From assembly GCF_013315695.1 (NCBI RefSeq), contig NZ_CP054353.1: a DNA stretch of 64,000 nucleotides; one strand, given 5' to 3'. Every line of letters begins with the position of its first letter. The stretch's first letter is position 1. The translations under genes were made by a program, and so were the position numbers. Shown piece after piece: positions 43,432 to 55,604 of the stretch. The notes under the pieces are model-generated. The model had not been told where the DNA came from. It saw only the letters and a list, made by a program, of their open reading frames with translations, and made no database searches. Source of the DNA: Escherichia coli (lineage in GTDB: Bacteria > Pseudomonadota > Gammaproteobacteria > Enterobacterales > Enterobacteriaceae).

Positions 43432-44928
43432 TTACTGTACAGGTGGAATATCCGTCACTTCAGGATGTACGTCATCCGTGGCGACAGATGTGGCGGCAGC
43501 CGCAGTCGATGGGGCCATGATTTGATCCCAGGCCGCCTGCAACGCTTTCATGTTAAATTCCGGCTCGCCTTTCGGCTGCAGCAGTATTAACGCCATATCA
43601 TTCGACAACTGCTGACGCAGATCCTGATTTAACATCTCCACCGTCAGGCTGTTAAGGAAATCCTGACGCAGTTTCTGATATTGCTCCGGCGCGATATCGA
43701 CGACCTGATTTTGCAACGAACGCATCCGCTGCCCCATCAGAATATCGGTATCAGCTCGCGCATAGGCGGCAAACAGTTTCTGCAGCTCCAGTTTCTTTTG
43801 CGCCACTAACGCATTGAACTCTTCTTCCGGCAGACCTTTATCGCGAACCTTCGCCAGTTCACGCGCCACCAGATTAAGGTTGCTGTTCAGCTTGTCGTTT
43901 GGTGATTCGATGTTGATGGCACACTGCGCACGCAGATACAGCACACGGCAGTCAAATCCAAGACCGATGTCTTTACTGTTACTGGCGCTTAACGCTTGCT
44001 GAACATGCCAGAACAGCGCCTCACGGGCCAGGTCCGCACGCCAGTAGCGCAGCAGTGCGGCTGATTCACGAATCGGCTGCCACGGCGTATCCCACATGAT
44101 TGATAACCGGTCCTGACGCACCGCGTCAGTCATAATGCTCACCGCTTCCGCACGCAGCGGAGAAAGCGTCGGCACCGGAGCCGGTGTTTCACGTTTGCCT
44201 TTCAGTTCGCCAAACGTTTTATTGATTTGGTCGACAACCGAGCGCGCATCCACGTTTCCCACCACCAGCAGCGTCATTGCATCCGGGGTGTACCATTTCT
44301 GATAGAAATCTTTAATCTTTTCCGCTTCAACGGGTTGTTTCAGCGGATCGGCAGGATCGTGACCTAACAAGGTTGATCCTTTCAGACGATAGCGCCACCA
44401 GCCCTCTTTAGTATCGGCAGGCCAGGTTGCCACCATGTCCTGACTTTGCAGCGCGTGGTTGATGGTTTCTGGCGTGATAGTCAGTTTGCCAGTGGCATTT
44501 GCCAGATAAGAGAGCGCTTCTTTCAGCAAGTCGTTACGGTTATTGGGCAAACTCAGATTAAACAGCGTGGTGTCATAAGAGACAATTACCGGCGGCATCG
44601 GGCGTTTAGGGTCGATCCCCTGCTGCCACAATGAACGCGCCTGCGCTGCGTCAAGGCCACCGCTTTGCGTTAACGCAATACGAGGGATGGCGTGGCTGTA
44701 ACCGCTCTGTTGTGTACTTTCGGCGAGCGAACCGGTATTAACCAGCAGGCGAATTTCAACACGATCGCTGGGACGCTGGGGCGTGGTCAGCACTTGCCAC
44801 TGTAAACCGTTGGAAAGCGTCCCCTGTTGCCATGCTGGATCAGGCTGGAGCGCATCTGCCTGCACATAGCCAGCAGTGGCCATCATCAGCAAACCGCCCG
44901 CTAAAAGTCGAATTTTTGTGCCCTGCAT
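43432..44928 (-). CDS. yhjJ: Periplasmic M16-family peptidase-like protein YhjJ
   Basis: 498-aa ORF with signal peptide MQGTKIRLLAGGLLMMATAGYVQA. Confidence 0.8.
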   Translation of the reverse strand: MQGTKIRLLAGGLLMMATAGYVQADALQPDPAWQQGTLSNGLQWQVLTTPQRPSDRVEIRLLVNTGSLAESTQQSGYSHAIPRIALTQSGGLDAAQARSLWQQGIDPKRPMPPVIVSYDTTLFNLSLPNNRNDLLKEALSYLANATGKLTITPETINHALQSQDMVATWPADTKEGWWRYRLKGSTLLGHDPADPLKQPVEAEKIKDFYQKWYTPDAMTLLVVGNVDARSVVDQINKTFGELKGKRETPAPVPTLSPLRAEAVSIMTDAVRQDRLSIMWDTPWQPIRESAALLRYWRADLAREALFWHVQQALSASNSKDIGLGFDCRVLYLRAQCAINIESPNDKLNSNLNLVARELAKVRDKGLPEEEFNALVAQKKLELQKLFAAYARADTDILMGQRMRSLQNQVVDIAPEQYQKLRQDFLNSLTVEMLNQDLRQQLSNDMALILLQPKGEPEFNMKALQAAWDQIMAPSTAAAATSVATDDVHPEVTDIPPVQ

Positions 44929-45147
44929 GTGAACCCCTGATCAACTATCCTGGTAATAAAAAACTGCCCGTTGTCGGTCAGTCTAAATGACGTTAAAAAC
45001 ACTTCGTGTTAGACCGCAAGAACATGAAAATGTCACGGAAGAAGTGAAATAAACCTGAACTCACCCAGGTGGTAAGTTCAGGCACAGGGGTCAATTATGC
45101 GCAAACACCCGCACTCGGGGAAGGGAGTGCGGGCATAAGTGGTGAGA

Positions 45148-46470
<1,323 letters not shown>

Positions 46471-46616
46471 TTATGGGGTACCTGCGGCCTTAAAATAACA
46501 CCCAGACAACATCACAGAAATGTACCTGGATCATAATTGAAACAAAAAGGTTAAAAAGTTTGAGCTGGCTCGCACAAACCAGCACTTTTTAAAGTTTTGT
46601 AATCAGTTTGGGGTAG

Positions 46617-48605
46617 CTACTTTTCTTCCAGGTAACTCTCTTCGAAGATTTCAATAGGGAGTGGGCGAGCAAAAAGGAAGCCCTGGGCAATACCAACGCC
46701 CGCTTTTGCCAGCCAGTCGCGTTGTGCTTCAGTCTCCACGCCTTCGGCAATCATTTGTAAGTTCAGGCTTTGCGCCAACATGATAATTGCAGCAATCATG
46801 CTGCTATCTTCCGGCAAGCCTTCAACAAACATTTTGTCGATTTTTAACACGTCGATTGGCAACGATTTCATATGCTGCAGCTGACGCAGCCCTGCGTAGC
46901 CCATGCCGAAATCATCCAGCGCCACCCGAACGCCGGCATTACGCAACGGGCGGAGGATTGCCACCGCTGCATGAGGGTCGTCAATACGTCGGCTTTCTGT
47001 CACTTCCAGAATCAGTGTTCCCGGCTGAATGCGATAGCGGGTTAACAGTTCCAGCATATCCGCTACCATATTCGGGTGCATCAGTTGCAGCGCTGAGAGG
47101 TTTACCGACAAGGGCAACATAATGCCGCGCTCTTGCCAGGCAGCCAGCAGTCGACAGGACTCTTCCAGCACCCAGTGACCGACGGTAACCATCAGCCCAC
47201 AGCACTCAATGCGATCGATTAAGCCATCCGGCAGATCCCAACTGCCATCCGGTTGCTGGATACGCAGTAACACTTCCGCACTGACCAGTTTACCGCTGGT
47301 CATCTCGACCTGTGGCTGTAACCAAATCGCAAACTGATGATTTTCCAGTGCATTAAGGATATCGCTCTCTTCCGTCAACCGCTGTTGGGCGGCTTCCATC
47401 TGCTGCGGATCAAAGAACTGAATCTGATTCTTGCCTTTATGGCGAGCGGTAAATGCCGCAGAAATAGCGCGACTGTAAAGCTGTTCGGCGGTGAGATCGC
47501 CGTAGAACATCGCCACGCCAATGCTACAGTGCGGACGGAGTTGAATACGTTCAATCGGCAGGCGCTCGCTCATGATAGTGAGCACTTGCTGACCCAAAGT
47601 GATTGCGTGCCACGGTTCCTGTACCCCGTTGGCAATGACAGCAAAGTCATAACCGCTAATCTGCGCGAGGATCATACGTGGCGACAGTACCGATTTGAGT
47701 TTTTCCACCAGCGTCAGCAGCAGAATTTCTCGTTGCGCCTCTTTCAGCACGCCCGCAGTATCACGCAGGGTTTCACAGGTGATAATCATCAGCGCGGTGG
47801 TTTGTTTACGCGCGACAACCTGCTCCAGCATCTCCATCAGCAAAGCTTTGTTCGGCAAATCCGACACCGGGAAGCGCATCGCGTTTTCGTTCTGTTCTTC
47901 ATAATGGCGCTGCAGCAATTGCTGGTTGAGGTTGTAACTGCGCACCAGCATACCGATTTCATCGTCCTGATGCAGACGTGGTAATGCCAGTTGGTGACCA
48001 ACAAGTTCCTGGGCAGGGATGGCGTTAAGTTCGCGAGCAATATTGCGTAACGGATGCAAAATCAGGCGGTTAATGCACCAGCTAATCGCCACCGTCAATA
48101 TTAACGACAAAAGTAAGTAAATGGTCACTAACGTTGAGAGGGTACTCATCACGAACTTATACATGCGGAAGGAATCCGCCTGTAGCACCAGATAGGCAAT
48201 TGGCTGCGGATTTGCCGGACGTTCGAGCGAGTAGACACCCAGCGAGATTTGAACCGGTAGCTCAAACAGGCGAGTAACCATTACCGATACCGGACGCTCT
48301 GGAATAAAACTTTTACGCAGCGCCTGGAACTGGTTAGGCAGCACCACATCGGCACGGCTGACCACGCCTGCCGGTTTAATGCTGGCAAGAATAGCTTCCG
48401 CTTCGGGAATATCGCCTTTCAAAATGGCAGAAGATAAGGGTTCGCGGACAGAGCGAGCAATGCTTTCCAGTTGCGTAGCCGTGTTATAGCGATTCTGCTG
48501 GACCAGATGGAACAGCAAAACGGTGCAAAAAATAAAAACGAACACCATGACAACGGCTGCCACCATTGCCATCTGCTTGATTGTTAACGAGCGACTTACG
48601 CGCAA
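46617..48605 (-). CDS. pdeK: c-di-GMP phosphodiesterase PdeK (YhjK); membrane-anchored, degenerate GGDEF + EAL
   Basis: 662-aa ORF with N-terminal TM segments and C-terminal EAL domain. Confidence 0.85.
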   Translation of the reverse strand: MRVSRSLTIKQMAMVAAVVMVFVFIFCTVLLFHLVQQNRYNTATQLESIARSVREPLSSAILKGDIPEAEAILASIKPAGVVSRADVVLPNQFQALRKSFIPERPVSVMVTRLFELPVQISLGVYSLERPANPQPIAYLVLQADSFRMYKFVMSTLSTLVTIYLLLSLILTVAISWCINRLILHPLRNIARELNAIPAQELVGHQLALPRLHQDDEIGMLVRSYNLNQQLLQRHYEEQNENAMRFPVSDLPNKALLMEMLEQVVARKQTTALMIITCETLRDTAGVLKEAQREILLLTLVEKLKSVLSPRMILAQISGYDFAVIANGVQEPWHAITLGQQVLTIMSERLPIERIQLRPHCSIGVAMFYGDLTAEQLYSRAISAAFTARHKGKNQIQFFDPQQMEAAQQRLTEESDILNALENHQFAIWLQPQVEMTSGKLVSAEVLLRIQQPDGSWDLPDGLIDRIECCGLMVTVGHWVLEESCRLLAAWQERGIMLPLSVNLSALQLMHPNMVADMLELLTRYRIQPGTLILEVTESRRIDDPHAAVAILRPLRNAGVRVALDDFGMGYAGLRQLQHMKSLPIDVLKIDKMFVEGLPEDSSMIAAIIMLAQSLNLQMIAEGVETEAQRDWLAKAGVGIAQGFLFARPLPIEIFEESYLEEK

Positions 48606-48686
48606 ATTGTCTCCCCCCGGAAATCCCAGATTGCCGCCCGAGTATACCCGATCGCAGCGGCATTAAGAGAGGCGCTATCTGAAAAC

Positions 48687-51600
48687 TTACCAGTCGGCGT
48701 AAGGTATCAGCGGCTGCGGCGGTAAATCCATGTCACCCTGCCATCCGGCGGCGGAATAACGTACGTAGAGCAGGAAATGGCTGGGTGCGTAATCTTTTGC
48801 CTGCTGGATATCAATTGCCGTGCCGACAAACCAGTTGGAAGTAACACGTCGTTCAAGTAATGCCCGCGCCGTGTAGCCAAAGCCCTGACTGCTGCCGCCA
48901 TCGTTGGATTGTTGTGCGGCTTCTTCCTGCCAGTCGCTCGGGATCAGATTCATCAGCGGATAACGCGGCATGGTTTTGGTGCGTGAATGCGACCACGATC
49001 CAGACGCCCCCAGCTCCCACGACCAGTTTTCCGTGCGCTCCCGCCACATCACCGGTATGGCAAACGACAGGTATTCCTGCGGACTGTAGTAACCGCCCTG
49101 ACCGAGTGAGTAGCCACTCAGGTCTTTGTCGTAATGCCAGATCATGTTGTTCAGGCCGATTGTGACGCGGCGATTGTTCTGGTTAATGACCTTATAGTAA
49201 TAGCCCGTCATCCAGCGCACACGCCAGTTATCTTCGACATTTTTACCGGTTAACTGGTCGCCACTAAGCGATGCCCAGACGCCGTTTGCTTCACCTTTAT
49301 CGTAGCTCAGGCTTAGCCCCACGCCGTCGGCACGCACGCCGCCCCATTTTTTCCCGGTATTGCTCGGAGAGTCTTTTTGCCCACCAAAGGCCAGCAAAGA
49401 ACTGGAGATGGGCCGACGATGGGCGTTAACGGTGTAACCCAGCGGCCCAATATCATCGCTGTAACTGATGCCGCCGACCACATCCACCACGTTGAAGCCC
49501 ATCGGCGTGGTGCCGATATCCCAGCTCCAGACGTCATTTCGCCAGCCGACCGCCACGCTGGCACCGGAATCCGACTGGCTGCGGTTGCCGCTACAATCCT
49601 GTAATGTACAGGTGCCCCAGTTGTCATCCCATTTACCATCGGCATTAGTGGAGAAACTGCCGACGTTCATATTGACGAAATCACTGCGAAAGAACATCCG
49701 CCCGTCAGAATACGGCGCGTCCACCTGCAACATAGTGGTGTGCGCTTTCAGATCGGAATAACCACCGGTGCCGCTCGAACCCCAGTAATCATGCTCAAGG
49801 GTGACGTTAAGATCCTGCTGGCGATAGAGGTCCGCCGCATCGCTGCGCACGCCGCGTTTCAGCCAGTCATCTTTCTCGTCGTTACGGGTCAGTCGGGTAA
49901 AGGTGTCGTTATCCTGCGGGCGCGTCGTAGTCACACCGGATGCGACCATGGCGTCTTTGTAGGTTTCCAGCGCCTGCTTTGGATCGCCCGCCTGTGCTTC
50001 AAACTTCGCACCGTCGCGCAGCACCATCGCGCTTTCCATCGACGGTGGCTGAGATTTTGCCTGCGGGATCAACTTATTAAACGTCTGCTGCGCCGCTGCG
50101 GTATCGCCAAGCTGCGCCTGTGCCAGCGCCACGCGCCGCTGAGTGTTCAGCGAGGCGTTATTGGTGGCAGGCAGCTTCGCCAGCTGGCTACGTGCCGCCG
50201 CTTTGTCACCGGCAGCAATATCCACTTCCGTCAGACCAAGAATGGCATCGGCGTTAGTTGGCTCCCGCGTCAGGACATTCTGATATGCAGCGCGAGCGGC
50301 GGTGTAATCACGTCGTTGTTGCGCCCAGTCAGCCAGCGTGAGGTCTATGCGCGTGGAAGGTGGTTGCTGGCGCAGCATCGCTTCCGCTTCAGCTTCTTTG
50401 CCGCTTTCTCGCAGGCGATTAGCGGTTTCCAACACCTGATCGCTTTGCAGTCGATTAACCAGCTCCTGAATATTGCTGTTCCATTGCGCGCGCGGCAGGC
50501 TGTTGATATGCGCCAGCACCGCTCTGTCCTGGTCATGACCAGAGAGATACAGCCCGTAAGCGTAAACCTGCTCCGGGTCGTTCGGCTTCTGCTGTGCCAG
50601 ATTGCGCATTAATGTATCAGCCTGGCTGCGTTGTCCGGCCTGCCAGAGATCCTGCGAAAGTCGGTAAGTAATCCATACGCTGCCGGGATCCAGCGCCAGT
50701 CGTTGCCGCTGAAGTGCTGCCGCCTGCGCCCATTTGCCCTGGTTTTCCAGTGCCTCTGCCTGCTGTGCCAGACAGTCGTTTTGCAGGCTGCGTTCGATAT
50801 CATCAATGCTACGCCGCTGACTGGCAGAGAGCGAGGCGATAAACGCTTCAGCTTTTTCTGGCGATTGCTGGCGGTAAATATTCGCCAGCCCGCGCACGGC
50901 GTTAGTGTTGCCGCTGTCCATACGCAGGGTCTGCTGATAATAGCGTTCAGCGGCGGGGTAATCTTTGCGCGCCATCGCCACATCGCCCAGCCCCAGCACC
51001 GCATAGCTGTCGGTGTTATCGACATTACGTGCCTGCTGGAACAACCGTTCCGCCCGGTCAGGATTATTGGCTTTCAGCGCAGCATCGCCCTGCTGGATTG
51101 CCAGCCAGTAGCGGTTTACTTTCAGCAGACTGTTCCATTTGTCGTTGTTGCTGCTGTGCGGGTCCAGTGCGAGGGCTTTTTCCAGATTCGCCACCGCATT
51201 GGCGCGATCGCCTTTCTGAGAATACGCCTGGCCCAGCGCCCCCAGAGCCTCACTATCTTTCGGGTTCGCCCGCACCGCCTGTTGTAGTTCGGGAATGGCT
51301 TTACCCGCCATACCAGAGTCCACCGCCGCTAAACCTTGCGCACGAGCGCGGAAAGCAGAGTCGGCCAGCTGTTTTTGCTGTTCTGCCAGTTGCGATTGCG
51401 CCGTAGCTACGCTATCGCCATCACTAAAGATCGAGAGATATTTTTTCAGCGCCGACACACTGGCATCGCTGACGGGCATGTCTTTAATCTGCCCGTACCA
51501 GATTTTAGAGGCCCCTTCGCGCCCGGCGTTTGATTTCGCCATCTGTTCCAGGACGGCAAAACCTTCGTCACGGCGATCGCTACTAAACAGCAATAGCGCC

Positions 51601-52160
51601 AGATTGTTTTGCAGGCCCGTATTGCCCGGCGTATCCGCATTAATGCGTTTTAGCTGATTAATCGCTTCGCCACGGCGAGCCGGAATTTTCGCCACCGTAC
51701 TCCAGTACTCGACGGCAATGTCACCTTCCGGCGGCGCACCGTTGAACAGTTTGTTGTAACTCGCCACAGCTTCTTCTGCATGACCAGTAGTCGCCTGCAA
51801 TCTTGCCTGTTGCAGTGCCTGACGACCATCCGGCGTGGAAAGCAACATTGTGGTCCGCGACGATTTATACGCATTTGAACTCGGCGCTAACTGCGACAGC
51901 CGATCGAGCTGTTTTTGCGCGCCATCAATATCGCCCTGACGTAACAGAGAACGGAAACGGGCGGCAACGACGTCCGGGTTATTCGGATCAATAAGTTCCA
52001 GACGATACAACGACTGCTGCACCAGGTCTTCACGATGGGTCGCTTCGCCTAACCGAACTTGCTCCAGCAACTGTTGCTGAGCGGTTGGTGCTGCCTCGAC
52101 CATCGGCATGACGGCCAGACCGAGGGAAAGCGTGAATATGTTTAGTGTGAATTTGCGCAT
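48687..52160 (-). CDS. bcsC: Cellulose synthase outer-membrane subunit BcsC (TPR repeats + beta-barrel)
   Basis: 1157-aa ORF, signal peptide, Ala-rich TPR region and C-terminal barrel; overlaps the bcsZ 3' end by 19 bp. Confidence 0.9.
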   Translation of the reverse strand: MRKFTLNIFTLSLGLAVMPMVEAAPTAQQQLLEQVRLGEATHREDLVQQSLYRLELIDPNNPDVVAARFRSLLRQGDIDGAQKQLDRLSQLAPSSNAYKSSRTTMLLSTPDGRQALQQARLQATTGHAEEAVASYNKLFNGAPPEGDIAVEYWSTVAKIPARRGEAINQLKRINADTPGNTGLQNNLALLLFSSDRRDEGFAVLEQMAKSNAGREGASKIWYGQIKDMPVSDASVSALKKYLSIFSDGDSVATAQSQLAEQQKQLADSAFRARAQGLAAVDSGMAGKAIPELQQAVRANPKDSEALGALGQAYSQKGDRANAVANLEKALALDPHSSNNDKWNSLLKVNRYWLAIQQGDAALKANNPDRAERLFQQARNVDNTDSYAVLGLGDVAMARKDYPAAERYYQQTLRMDSGNTNAVRGLANIYRQQSPEKAEAFIASLSASQRRSIDDIERSLQNDCLAQQAEALENQGKWAQAAALQRQRLALDPGSVWITYRLSQDLWQAGQRSQADTLMRNLAQQKPNDPEQVYAYGLYLSGHDQDRAVLAHINSLPRAQWNSNIQELVNRLQSDQVLETANRLRESGKEAEAEAMLRQQPPSTRIDLTLADWAQQRRDYTAARAAYQNVLTREPTNADAILGLTEVDIAAGDKAAARSQLAKLPATNNASLNTQRRVALAQAQLGDTAAAQQTFNKLIPQAKSQPPSMESAMVLRDGAKFEAQAGDPKQALETYKDAMVASGVTTTRPQDNDTFTRLTRNDEKDDWLKRGVRSDAADLYRQQDLNVTLEHDYWGSSGTGGYSDLKAHTTMLQVDAPYSDGRMFFRSDFVNMNVGSFSTNADGKWDDNWGTCTLQDCSGNRSQSDSGASVAVGWRNDVWSWDIGTTPMGFNVVDVVGGISYSDDIGPLGYTVNAHRRPISSSLLAFGGQKDSPSNTGKKWGGVRADGVGLSLSYDKGEANGVWASLSGDQLTGKNVEDNWRVRWMTGYYYKVINQNNRRVTIGLNNMIWHYDKDLSGYSLGQGGYYSPQEYLSFAIPVMWRERTENWSWELGASGSWSHSRTKTMPRYPLMNLIPSDWQEEAAQQSNDGGSSQGFGYTARALLERRVTSNWFVGTAIDIQQAKDYAPSHFLLYVRYSAAGWQGDMDLPPQPLIPYADW

Positions 52161-53248
52161 TCCTGGCCCCAGTCAGGTAATAACTCACCTTTTGTCGAGA
52201 AGCGGAAACGGTGTTGATCCCAGCCTTGTCCAAACAGGGTCAGCACATAGTTGTAATAGGCATCGCTGCCGGGAAAGTTATCGGCCACGCGCTGGCGCTG
52301 AACGGCCTGTGCATCGCGGTTTTGTAAAAAGGGCAGCATGGCGGCAGAAAAACCGACCGGTCCTTTACCCTGCGCTTTCCCCGTAGCCACATCCACTTTT
52401 TCTGGCGGATAGCCGTTTTTCTCGGTGAATGTCGCCATCGGTTTAAACCGGTTGAGCATCCGCGCTTTTTGCGGATCGCTGTCAGGCATCATGCCTACCC
52501 ACATGTAAACGCGGATCGCGTCGTAGCTGCTGATCAATGTTTTTTCGGCTTTTAGCTGCCAGCCTTTGTCTTTCTCATAGCGCACCCAGTCTGGCGAAAA
52601 GCCTTTCGGGGCGGTTTCCAGCAATAAACGTTGATTGGTTTCGCGCAGCGTAGTCCACGGCGCGCCAAAGCGGGTGAAATACTGCGCCAGCGTCGGCGGC
52701 AGGTAGCTGGGGTTAAAACGCCAGCTGTTATCCTCTGCAAATCCCACTTTGCCCGGCAACAACATGGAACCCAGCCCAGGCACCGTCACCACTTCCTCCC
52801 GCGCAATACGTTTTAACAACGCGCTGCCGATGTCGGTATAACGCTGCTCTTTCCACAAACGCCCCGCCTCCAGCAACGACCAGGCCATCCAGACATCACC
52901 ATCGGAGGCCGAATTGCTGTCCAGCACTTCCCACTTACTGTTCTCTTTCTTGCCCCACAGCCATGCGGGCAAACGTTCTTTTAAAGAACCCTGAGCGAGA
53001 TTGTTCTGCGTCCAGTCGAGAATATTATCGAAAGCTGCACGGTCGTTAGCCGCCAGGGCAAAGAACATGCCGTAACTTTGCCCTTCGGAAGTGGTGATTT
53101 TACGCGCGTCACTTGGGTCAATGACGCGCCCTTCCTGACTGATGTAATCCTTTTTGAACTGCTCCCAGGCAGGCCAGTTGCAGGCTGCCTGAACACTAAA
53201 GGCAGCCAGCAGCAGCATCGTCACGAGTCCACTACGCAACACATTCAT
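52142..53248 (-). CDS. bcsZ: Endoglucanase BcsZ (glycoside hydrolase family 8)
   Basis: ORF 52142..53254; start set to [21 protein letters not shown]... (368 aa). Confidence 0.85.
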   Translation of the reverse strand: MNVLRSGLVTMLLLAAFSVQAACNWPAWEQFKKDYISQEGRVIDPSDARKITTSEGQSYGMFFALAANDRAAFDNILDWTQNNLAQGSLKERLPAWLWGKKENSKWEVLDSNSASDGDVWMAWSLLEAGRLWKEQRYTDIGSALLKRIAREEVVTVPGLGSMLLPGKVGFAEDNSWRFNPSYLPPTLAQYFTRFGAPWTTLRETNQRLLLETAPKGFSPDWVRYEKDKGWQLKAEKTLISSYDAIRVYMWVGMMPDSDPQKARMLNRFKPMATFTEKNGYPPEKVDVATGKAQGKGPVGFSAAMLPFLQNRDAQAVQRQRVADNFPGSDAYYNYVLTLFGQGWDQHRFRFSTKGELLPDWGQECANSH

Positions 53249-53254
53249 CTTCAA

Positions 53255-55594
53255 TTACTCGTTATCCGGGTTAAGACGACGACGGCTGATAATACGCAGC
53301 AAACGCCACAGTACCCATGCCAGCAGCACGACGCTGATTGCCGCCAGCACCGCCAGCAGAATCGGATGGTTTGCCAGGGCATACCATAAGCGTTCGAACC
53401 ACGGCAGATGGCCAACGTAATAGACGTCGCCAACGCGTAGGCTATTGATACCGGACTCGCGGATCACCGCGACCGAACCGAACATGGTGGCGCGTTTGCC
53501 GCTATCGTTCACCGCATCGTTAAGCATTTCATAACCGCGTGGGCTATCTGCCAGCAGCGCAATCACGCTACGCTGGTCGTTATACGGCGACTGGAAGCCA
53601 ATCACCGCTGCCATCGCACCGGAAGAGGTCAGCGTTGACTGAGTTTCTGCCGCGCGATCGCTCTCGTCCGGTACAATGCCGGGGAACGGGGTCTGGCGCA
53701 TCGGCGTTTTCACCCAGCTTTCGGTCGCCTGCACCAACAGGTCGATCTGCTTGTCGTCTTTCAGTTTGTCCGGGATACCACCGACGATCATGATGTCGGC
53801 ATCTTTGCCCTGAATGGTGCTGCCATCATCGGTCACCGTCAGGTTAATCGCCGGGAAGCCCGTCTGCGCACCGATAAAGCCAACGGTATTCAGCAAGGTT
53901 TCCATCTGTGCTTCGTTAGGCGCTTTCGGCATCACGGTGATGGTTTGCGACAGATCCGCCATCCGGCTGAACGGGAAGCCCGCGTTAGCAAAGGCGCGTA
54001 GATCCGGCATCGGGATGAAGTGGTAATACTTCGAGAAGTCGATGGTGGAGTCGTCACCAATCACCACATGATTCTGCACCGGCTGGAAGGTAATACAGTT
54101 ATCCACCGAACCGCCCGGCATCGGGTTCATATACTCAAAGTCGAAGCGCAGCTGGTTGGTCGCGCCCAGTTTCAGCGCCGGAATAGAGACATCCGTTTTG
54201 CCATCCAGCAAACCTTGTAATACCGGAATACGCAGCAGCAGGCGGTTCGCCTCCTGTTTACTGCTCAGGTTGAAGGATTGCAGGAACTGGTTATTCAGGC
54301 TGATATCCATCCGCGAACTGTCTTTCACCGGCGGCATGGTGTAGCGATAGTTGATATCCATATCAATGCCGGTACTGCGCATCAGGTAGAGATCCGGCGG
54401 CAGATTTAGCGAAACGTTAATCGCTGCTGGCTCAAGACCGCTGGATTGTAACTGTTCTTCATAGGTTTTCAGTTCACCAAAGGTGACCGGACGATCGGTA
54501 CGCACCCAGTTCGGCGCATCGTACGGCTTACGCGGTAGCAGCGGTTTCACTTCATTCACTACCACGCTTTCACCACGGAACAGAATGTTACCCTGAGCGA
54601 TACCTTTCGCTGCCTGCAACAAGTCTTTGTCGTCACGGCCAAACACCACCAGCAGTTTGACGTAAGGATTCTGCGGATGGTTAATCATCTCAATCACCGG
54701 GGCTTTTACCGCCGGATGATCGCGCAGGAAGTCCGGGCGTTTGTCATTGGTGGCAAAGACAATGGCATTGCGATCCGGCAGTTGGTTATAGAGCACCGGG
54801 AAGTTCTGCCCACGCCAGCCTGAACGCGAACCAAACCACGAGGCGACAATGGCAGATGCTTGTTGCAGCTCAACATCCGGCGCACCCGCAAAGACCATCG
54901 GCAAGGTGTTGGTGCGGTTATCACGCGGGTCAAAGAATGGTACCGGGAAGTGTGACAGGTCATTCTTCACATTCAGGGTCTGATAGGTCAAATCCAGTCC
55001 ACTGCTCCGCCCAACATCCAGCCAAAGCGTGGTGCTGGCCGGGTTTTCGCACACGTCCTGATAATGGCCGACAAACTCCAGCCGCACACGGTTGAAGTCG
55101 GTAATAAACAGTGGGTTAATGGGCATTTGCGCCAGCGTTTTTTTACCCAACTGTTCTTTGGTCACTGGCAGCACGCCCATCAGTTCATCATTGAGATAAA
55201 CCTTTAACTGCGACTGGACAGGCAGTAACGATGGCGATGGCGTGTATTCGAGGTTGAGCATCGCCTTCGTCACCACTTCATCACTGCGCATACCAAACTC
55301 AATGCTGCCGTTCGGGTTAATGCCACGTAGCACCATGCTGCCCGGCGGCGGCGCAATTTGCGCAAAGGTCAGCTTCACATCACGCGAAGGACCGTTCTGC
55401 GCCACGATGGGGGCATCAGCGCCCTGCACGCCCGGCATCACTTGCCCCACCTGCGGATTTTGTTCCGTCTGGGCGGCTACAGCTGGCTCAGCATTGATCA
55501 GTGGTTGCGTTGCTGGCGTCGCCTGCGTCATGAAAGAGGGGAACGCACTCATCCCCATAGCCACTGCACAAATCCAGAATAGTTTTCTTTTCAT
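53255..55594 (-). CDS. bcsB: Cellulose synthase periplasmic subunit BcsB
   Basis: ORF 53255..55681; start set to MKRKLFWICAVAMGMSAFPSFMTQA... (779 aa). Confidence 0.85.
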   Translation of the reverse strand: MKRKLFWICAVAMGMSAFPSFMTQATPATQPLINAEPAVAAQTEQNPQVGQVMPGVQGADAPIVAQNGPSRDVKLTFAQIAPPPGSMVLRGINPNGSIEFGMRSDEVVTKAMLNLEYTPSPSLLPVQSQLKVYLNDELMGVLPVTKEQLGKKTLAQMPINPLFITDFNRVRLEFVGHYQDVCENPASTTLWLDVGRSSGLDLTYQTLNVKNDLSHFPVPFFDPRDNRTNTLPMVFAGAPDVELQQASAIVASWFGSRSGWRGQNFPVLYNQLPDRNAIVFATNDKRPDFLRDHPAVKAPVIEMINHPQNPYVKLLVVFGRDDKDLLQAAKGIAQGNILFRGESVVVNEVKPLLPRKPYDAPNWVRTDRPVTFGELKTYEEQLQSSGLEPAAINVSLNLPPDLYLMRSTGIDMDINYRYTMPPVKDSSRMDISLNNQFLQSFNLSSKQEANRLLLRIPVLQGLLDGKTDVSIPALKLGATNQLRFDFEYMNPMPGGSVDNCITFQPVQNHVVIGDDSTIDFSKYYHFIPMPDLRAFANAGFPFSRMADLSQTITVMPKAPNEAQMETLLNTVGFIGAQTGFPAINLTVTDDGSTIQGKDADIMIVGGIPDKLKDDKQIDLLVQATESWVKTPMRQTPFPGIVPDESDRAAETQSTLTSSGAMAAVIGFQSPYNDQRSVIALLADSPRGYEMLNDAVNDSGKRATMFGSVAVIRESGINSLRVGDVYYVGHLPWFERLWYALANHPILLAVLAAISVVLLAWVLWRLLRIISRRRLNPDNE

Positions 55595-55604
55595 CGCGTT
55601 ATCA

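Noticed and set aside
47337-47984. 215-aa plus-strand ORF antisense within pdeK
   Set aside because: Antisense shadow ORF inside a confidently assigned gene.
49740-50612. 290-aa plus-strand ORF (Arg-rich) and neighbouring long ORFs (50631..51287, 51029..51406, 51295..51657) antisense inside bcsC
   Set aside because: They lie entirely within the well-supported bcsC coding region on the opposite strand; their Arg/Leu-rich, low-complexity composition is typical of shadow ORFs opposite GC-rich, Ala-rich (TPR) coding sequence; no RBS or independent support.
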